In this document: one piece after another, positions 57,315 to 62,215 of the stretch | Position numbering within the stretch: the stretch's first letter is position 1 | Layout: each line of letters opens with the position of its first letter | DNA from: a virus | Lineage: Duplodnaviria > Caudoviricetes | Length of the DNA: 62,215 nucleotides | Strand: one strand, 5' to 3' | IMG/VR virus record: IMGVR_UViG_3300037042_003397 | Location: 1 to 62,215 of that record | Program-made: the position numbers and the translations under genes | Notes under the pieces: generated by a model | Seen by the model: only the letters and a program-made list of their open reading frames with translations | What the model was told of the DNA's origin: nothing | Database searches by the model: none

Positions 57315-58325
57315 TTATTTCTTTAGCATTTTGATTACGATAGGAACTTTTGTCCCAATAGCTTCTGCGATTTGAAGTAATCCCATTCCATCTTCTTTCA
57401 TCTGTTTCACTTTGACAATGTTTTCAGGATCATTTTCGCTGAAACCATTTTCGACTTTATCACCAGCTATTGCATCTTCCTCGTACACCGGGGTGATCTG
57501 AAGGATTTTCAACTCATCTTCAGTTAGCGTCCCTTCGATCTGAGCTAGTTCCCATTTATTAGGAAGTTCATCAGCGGTCAATTCCCGATCGCCAACCGGA
57601 TTATCCCAATACCACCGGATATGTTTCCACGTTCCTGGATTGATCTTCCTAGGAAGAACTGAGATTGTTTCAATACCTTCTTCAGTGTTGTACCGTTTGC
57701 TGATCCGTTTCAATACTATAGCAAGCGGCGCCTGGCTGTTCGGATTATGTTTCAACACCAATCGCATCTGCGCTTTCTCGATCAATGGCTTTTTACAATC
57801 AGGAACCCAACGACCTGTTTCCTTCCCGTTGATCTTCTCAGGTTTCATTGGCGTTGAGATCAGAAGCATCCGTGTCTTGTGCAGTATCTTGTCAATGATC
57901 GCTGCCTCGTATTCATTGGCAGACTGCCATACTTGAGCACCCTTGATGTCACCTTTTGCAGACCAATATTTCCTAAATTTACCCATGTTTTCGAGAACGT
58001 ATGGTTGCAGTGTGGTCTCAAACTTAGTCCAGTTATCCCATGCAATCGCATCGAACTGTCCTTCTTTTATATTGTCGATGATCCCCATGCAGTAGTTGTA
58101 GTACTCGATCTCCTTCATATCTCTTGTTTCATGAAACAGATCAACGTACATTCCGAACGGTGCTTCTTTTTGGAATTCTTCAGCGATCTGCTTTCCCTTG
58201 ATATCTCCATCAATAAAAGCATACTCTGAAGATTTTGGGCCAGCGCCGAGAATGAAACTTGTCTTTCCAACATCTTGCCGGCCATGCACCAAAACCAATC
58301 CCTCGAATAAGGTTTTCATTTCCAA
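57315..58325 (-). CDS. P-loop ATPase (AAA_24/Sak4-like recombination ATPase)
   Basis: HGRQDVGKT Walker A, FIDGD, IAWDNWT. Confidence 0.75.
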   Translation of the reverse strand: MEMKTLFEGLVLVHGRQDVGKTSFILGAGPKSSEYAFIDGDIKGKQIAEEFQKEAPFGMYVDLFHETRDMKEIEYYNYCMGIIDNIKEGQFDAIAWDNWTKFETTLQPYVLENMGKFRKYWSAKGDIKGAQVWQSANEYEAAIIDKILHKTRMLLISTPMKPEKINGKETGRWVPDCKKPLIEKAQMRLVLKHNPNSQAPLAIVLKRISKRYNTEEGIETISVLPRKINPGTWKHIRWYWDNPVGDRELTADELPNKWELAQIEGTLTEDELKILQITPVYEEDAIAGDKVENGFSENDPENIVKVKQMKEDGMGLLQIAEAIGTKVPIVIKMLKK

Positions 58326-58330
58326 CTCCT

Positions 58331-58364
58331 AAAGTGGGGGATATTTGGGAATATCCCCCACTTT
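58331..58364 (-). terminator. 15-bp stem between the SSB-like gene and the ATPase gene
   Basis: AAAGTGGGGGATATT/AATATCCCCCACTTT directly before the ATPase RBS. Confidence 0.7.
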
Positions 58365-58374
58365 TAATAATGAT

Positions 58375-59229
58375 TTACTTGAGGAATTTGGCGATCTCGA
58401 TCACTTTCACGCCATAGCTGTCGGCAACTTTCTTACCACCTTCCTGTTTCAGTTCGTCGGAATGGTTCTTGATTTCATCCAGAACCTGTTCACCGGTAAG
58501 GCCTAAAATATCAGCGACTTCCTTTGCCGACATGGAGTAAATCGCTCCAATAGCATAGCAAGTCATTTCTGGATCGTCCCGATGGATCTCCAAAATCTCC
58601 GAACTTGTCGAACTGGAGTCATCCGTTATAGAAACGCCAGCGTCCTTCATCGCATCCTGAAGTGTTGCGTACACCTTCGATATATAAGGAATTTGGTTTG
58701 GCCGATCAGGAAGTTTTCTACCAGTGTTTGGATCAAGAGCACCCTCTCTCATGTATCCTGAAGGATCATCCATAAATTCCAACTTCGCAATGACTTCAGA
58801 CTTTCCAGGATCAATGTTGAATTTCTCCAGCGACGAAACAATGACCTCTTTGTATCCCGGTGTCCATAACTTATTCGGCCACCACATTGAAGTTACTTTC
58901 CACTGAGAAGTGTTACGACCTAACATATCTGAAGTGTCCATCCAGAAGCAAAAATTTGTTTCAACTTTATTGCCCTTCAGCTCAATGCCATGCTCAACGA
59001 TTGCACGCTTGAACGCAGCCTGTGCAGCTTCTTTTCCCTTGCCACCATCCTCGACAAAACGGTTATAGGGAAACCAGAGTTTGTACTGATCCACATCTTT
59101 CTTCATGGCCTTGAACCCGAAGCCATAATGAACGATCCCGATGTACGACTGAGAACCTTCCTCGGCCACTGTCGTTTCACCAGCAACGACCCACGCACTC
59201 TTCTTTACAGTTGAATCACTATCGGACAT
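58375..59229 (-). CDS. hypothetical protein, possible ssDNA-binding protein
   Basis: consensus promoter, strong RBS, upstream of the ATPase; function inferred from context only. Confidence 0.6.
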   Translation of the reverse strand: MSDSDSTVKKSAWVVAGETTVAEEGSQSYIGIVHYGFGFKAMKKDVDQYKLWFPYNRFVEDGGKGKEAAQAAFKRAIVEHGIELKGNKVETNFCFWMDTSDMLGRNTSQWKVTSMWWPNKLWTPGYKEVIVSSLEKFNIDPGKSEVIAKLEFMDDPSGYMREGALDPNTGRKLPDRPNQIPYISKVYATLQDAMKDAGVSITDDSSSTSSEILEIHRDDPEMTCYAIGAIYSMSAKEVADILGLTGEQVLDEIKNHSDELKQEGGKKVADSYGVKVIEIAKFLK

Positions 59230-59296
59230 TGTGTTACTCCTTTTGTATTTTCAAATCAAAGATTTTCAATATAAATATTGAAATTGAATTGTTCCA

Positions 59297-59340
59297 ATTA
59301 TAGCATTATGTACATATATTGTCAATACCCCAAAATACTT
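59297..59340 (-). promoter_or_regulatory. consensus sigma70 promoter
   Basis: AAGTATTTTG box, TTGACA(59320-25)-17 bp-TATAAT(59297-302), extended TG. Confidence 0.9.
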
Positions 59341-59341
59341 A

Positions 59342-59584
59342 CTATTCTTTATTATCCTCTTTTGAAAGAAACCACAAACAATCTAATTTATGTCTTTGTA
59401 TTCCATTTACATCTTCTTGAAATGTGATCTTTTCGCCGCAAATAACACAAACAAGATACCCGGCATCAAAATCAATCTTTAATGGATAACAAAGAGAAAG
59501 AGCTTTGTATAACTCTTTCTCTTTATCTGAACTACCAAATAAATTAAGTTGATTATTTGTTGTAATTCCAAGGCGTTTGCTCAT
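59342..59584 (-). CDS. small Cys/His protein
   Basis: CVICG..HKLDC. Confidence 0.6.
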   Translation of the reverse strand: MSKRLGITTNNQLNLFGSSDKEKELYKALSLCYPLKIDFDAGYLVCVICGEKITFQEDVNGIQRHKLDCLWFLSKEDNKE

Positions 59585-60326
59585 ATTCTTTTCCGTACAA
59601 CATTTTTCCTGATTTCTTCTTTCCTACTTTTTCGTATTTTAATTCCTCGTTATCATCAATATAGGGCGCATACTCTCCCCATCCCTTGAAAAAGAATGGG
59701 ATATTAAACTTCTCTGATTGTTCTAATAAACTTTTTACCCACCAAGGATGAGTTTGTCTGGAGTCATTTCCTGTTTCTCCACCTGCTATGATCCATCCAA
59801 TCTTTTCTACTCTACTTGCTAATGCCATATCGTAAAGTACAACATATCCCAAAAGTGGTTCGCAACTCAGGAATAGATTTTTATGGTCTACTTTCAATAA
59901 GTTTTGCAATCTCTTAGAACAAAGTGGTCCACCATCTTCCAGACTTGTTCCTAGCCAAACATTGTCCCATCCACCGTCCCAATCATCTGGAAGATTTGAT
60001 AGTATTCGATCTGTTCTTTTGGTAAGTATTAACCAGGTATGGTGAGGGCATCTTCTAATAATGTCCCATGCATCATTTCTCCATTCATCTGCTTTGGCAT
60101 GAAAGAAATCGCTCCAAGGATTTACAAAAATCACTTTTGGTTCTTTCCATTTCAATGGAGATTTGAATGTCGTTATCGAAGACCTTTCTACGTTATTGAA
60201 TATTCTTCCAAACTTCTCCATTTCTCTTTCAGCATAGCATTTTAAACATCCTCGACTTACTTTTGAACATCCCATCCAGAATGAAACAGAAGAATCGCAC
60301 CAGTCAACTCCGCTAACTTTTGACAT
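59553..60326 (-). CDS. DUF5131 (phage Gp37/Gp68) family protein
   Basis: GCSKVSRGCLKCYA, SDFFH, LTKR, WLGTS, SCEPLL, WIIAGGETG. Confidence 0.9.
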   Translation of the reverse strand: MSKVSGVDWCDSSVSFWMGCSKVSRGCLKCYAEREMEKFGRIFNNVERSSITTFKSPLKWKEPKVIFVNPWSDFFHAKADEWRNDAWDIIRRCPHHTWLILTKRTDRILSNLPDDWDGGWDNVWLGTSLEDGGPLCSKRLQNLLKVDHKNLFLSCEPLLGYVVLYDMALASRVEKIGWIIAGGETGNDSRQTHPWWVKSLLEQSEKFNIPFFFKGWGEYAPYIDDNEELKYEKVGKKKSGKMLYGKEYEQTPWNYNK

Positions 60327-60339
60327 ATTTATCTCCTGA

Positions 60340-60741
60340 TTAATGTCTTATCTTGTGTATTGTTTTATTCATAAAAGGTGAAGGTAGAGGACGCTTTGGG
60401 GCAACTTCATAATTTCGTGCGCATGTGAAATCGCAGAATTCTCCATACGGATTATCACCAAGATCATTCCCGCAGCATGGACACCGGGTCATGACAGGGT
60501 TAGGCAGTTCTGGTATCCCATTACCGATGAAATGCAATTTGCGTTCTAACTCTGCCTTAGAAATCTGCGTATACCTCGTTCTCTTTTCCTCAGCAGTCAA
60601 TCGGGCATACCTGGCATTATCTCTTGCCCTTTTCGACTCACGATTTAGCGCTTGCCGATGCTCACGTTGTTCTTGTGTGAGATGAGCGTACCGCTCCCGT
60701 TCCCGTTCTCTTTCTCGCAATTTACGTTCTTCTGTATCCAT
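60340..60741 (-). CDS. Arg/Glu-rich protein with C-terminal zinc finger
   Basis: CPCCG..FCDFTC. Confidence 0.65.
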   Translation of the reverse strand: MDTEERKLRERERERERYAHLTQEQREHRQALNRESKRARDNARYARLTAEEKRTRYTQISKAELERKLHFIGNGIPELPNPVMTRCPCCGNDLGDNPYGEFCDFTCARNYEVAPKRPLPSPFMNKTIHKIRH

Positions 60742-60763
60742 TTTTCACCTGTTTTGTTTCACA

Positions 60764-61042
60764 TCATGGAGTATCATGTGGCGCCCAAATAACCACACCG
60801 AATAAACCAAATAGCACTACGCCCCAGATGACCATCTCCGGATTGACACGTCCCAGGTCATCCTTGAATTTGACGACCGTCTCCAGCCAGGCGACGAACG
60901 TCGGATCTGTTACGACTGCCAGCGTACCTACTGCAAAAAATCCAACCACGACCGCATAACACGCCGCCGTGAGTAATGACCCACGACTACGCCACAGAAG
61001 CGCAGTGAATAGCAATGCCGCCACAAAGCCGATGATTATCAT
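60764..61042 (-). CDS. membrane protein
   Basis: three hydrophobic helices; likely start MIIIGF. Confidence 0.6.
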   Translation of the reverse strand: MIIIGFVAALLFTALLWRSRGSLLTAACYAVVVGFFAVGTLAVVTDPTFVAWLETVVKFKDDLGRVNPEMVIWGVVLFGLFGVVIWAPHDTP

Positions 61043-61371
61043 TTTGATACTCCATTCGCTTTTATCCATAGACAATCTTGAAAGTGTTCCGTTCCGCTCA
61101 GGCATCCGCAGATCGTACATACGCCACGCCAGTTTCCACTTTTCGTGACGGAATTTTTCCACGGATCGCACTCCGCCAGTGCGACGGTTAGCCGGTGGAT
61201 GGTATCGTACGCCACCATGAGCTGCTCGTCCACATCTGATATTCTCCGTTGCAGGGTCAGGATGCGATCTTGTAGCATTTGATTGTTTAAGGTCAATCCC
61301 TTAGTACAATCATCCTGGTGTCCATATGCTATCGTCATGCCGCACTCGTCACAAACACTCGTGTCACTCAT
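61039..61371 (-). CDS. Cys-rich coiled-coil protein
   Basis: CDECG..HQDDC and CTICG..HFQDC. Confidence 0.7.
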   Translation of the reverse strand: MSDTSVCDECGMTIAYGHQDDCTKGLTLNNQMLQDRILTLQRRISDVDEQLMVAYDTIHRLTVALAECDPWKNSVTKSGNWRGVCTICGCLSGTEHFQDCLWIKANGVSK

Positions 61372-61670
61372 TGTTTTTCATCCTCCTCCGGAAGATAATC
61401 TAAAAGTTCGCAGTATAAATCACCACTTATCTCGTCTGTCAATTCCTCTCGATTATCAGCAGTCCAACATGCCCAGGCCAATCGCTTTAGCAGAGTTGTC
61501 TTTTGAGCATTCTCCGTTTCCAGCTCCGCCACTCGCACGATAAGTTCCTGTATGCGCTCAACCGCCGCATTTAGCTCAGATCGCAACGAGATCAACGTAC
61601 CAATCTCGGTAAACTGATGTACCTGTCCATCCGGATAAATTAATTTTAGTAGCATAGGATCATTCATCAT
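61368..61670 (-). CDS. coiled-coil hypothetical protein
   Basis: 100 aa, coupled. Confidence 0.7.
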   Translation of the reverse strand: MMNDPMLLKLIYPDGQVHQFTEIGTLISLRSELNAAVERIQELIVRVAELETENAQKTTLLKRLAWACWTADNREELTDEISGDLYCELLDYLPEEDEKQ

Positions 61671-61912
61671 TTACCTCTGGTCTTTCCAGACCTAATTTCT
61701 ACAATTTGAGATTGTAGCGTTTTGATAAGTTCGTCCCGATTAGAGACATGCGCTTTGAGCGCCTCCACCTCGGCCAGTGCCACGTCTCGCTCCTGGCGTA
61801 CAATGTCAAGCGCCATCGTTAGCGCCTCTACCTCACGGATCATCTGCGCTTCACCCGGTGAGTGCCATTCCGATTTTGTTCCCATTCGATCATAGATATT
61901 ATTCTCGTTCAT
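61667..61912 (-). CDS. coiled-coil hypothetical protein
   Basis: likely start MNENNI after GAGGTGG. Confidence 0.6.
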   Translation of the reverse strand: MNENNIYDRMGTKSEWHSPGEAQMIREVEALTMALDIVRQERDVALAEVEALKAHVSNRDELIKTLQSQIVEIRSGKTRGK

Positions 61913-62215
61913 ACCACCTCTTTTGATTTTCATCCAGCGCCTTCTCATCTTGTGCTTGGCGGGTATCTACCGCTTCCCAATATGTTTTATATACCTCTGC
62001 GTAATCTGCCGTTGTTGGTTCACTCTCACACGACAATACTTTCCACGCCGGATTGTAAACAACGTCAGTTTTCAAGACGCCGTTCTCGTAGTGTTGGTAG
62101 TAATGCGCAAAGCAGGCTTTTTGCCCTTCCTCGGTGCCGCCTGCTGATCCAGAAGTGTCCCATCCGTCCAACCATTTCGGACGGTCAGGTGCAGCGATGG
62201 TATCTCCCTCCTCCC
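61899..62215 (-). CDS. C-terminal part of the protein spanning the window ends
   Basis: frame stays open from 62213 to the listed ORF start at 62171. Confidence 0.65.
   Translation of the reverse strand, partial: EEGDTIAAPDRPKWLDGWDTSGSAGGTEEGQKACFAHYYQHYENGVLKTDVVYNPAWKVLSCESEPTTADYAEVYKTYWEAVDTRQAQDEKALDENQKRWYERE

Overview
This window looks like a complete, circularly permuted 62.2 kb tailed-phage genome with a siphovirus-type layout: a minus-strand ORF runs off the left end and continues in frame at the right end. Layout: (1) small leftward 'early' genes at 1-4.9 kb; (2) a 1.2 kb non-coding control/origin region with operators, a G-quadruplex motif, AT-rich repeats, iteron-like repeats and a pair of matched hairpins; (3) a rightward arm at 6.1-44.3 kb with a DNA methyltransferase, TerS, a TerL carrying two inteins, portal, protease/scaffold, capsid, a methyl/glycosyltransferase cassette between head and neck genes, tail genes and lysis genes; (4) a leftward arm at 44.3-62.2 kb with Prim-Pol, a DinG-like helicase, a sugar nucleotidyltransferase, a vWA protein, a beta clamp, a nuclease, tRNA-Arg(UCU), an AAA ATPase and DUF5131. 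I recognised no integrase, replicative DNA polymerase, reverse transcriptase or CRISPR array. The strongest leads are a ~1.08 kb highly base-paired minus-strand non-coding RNA with its own predicted promoter (51078-52158), a putative virion-glycosylation system, the origin architecture, a class 3-like intein starting with Gly, and two candidate frameshifts. All product calls come from motif reading and gene order, not database searches.
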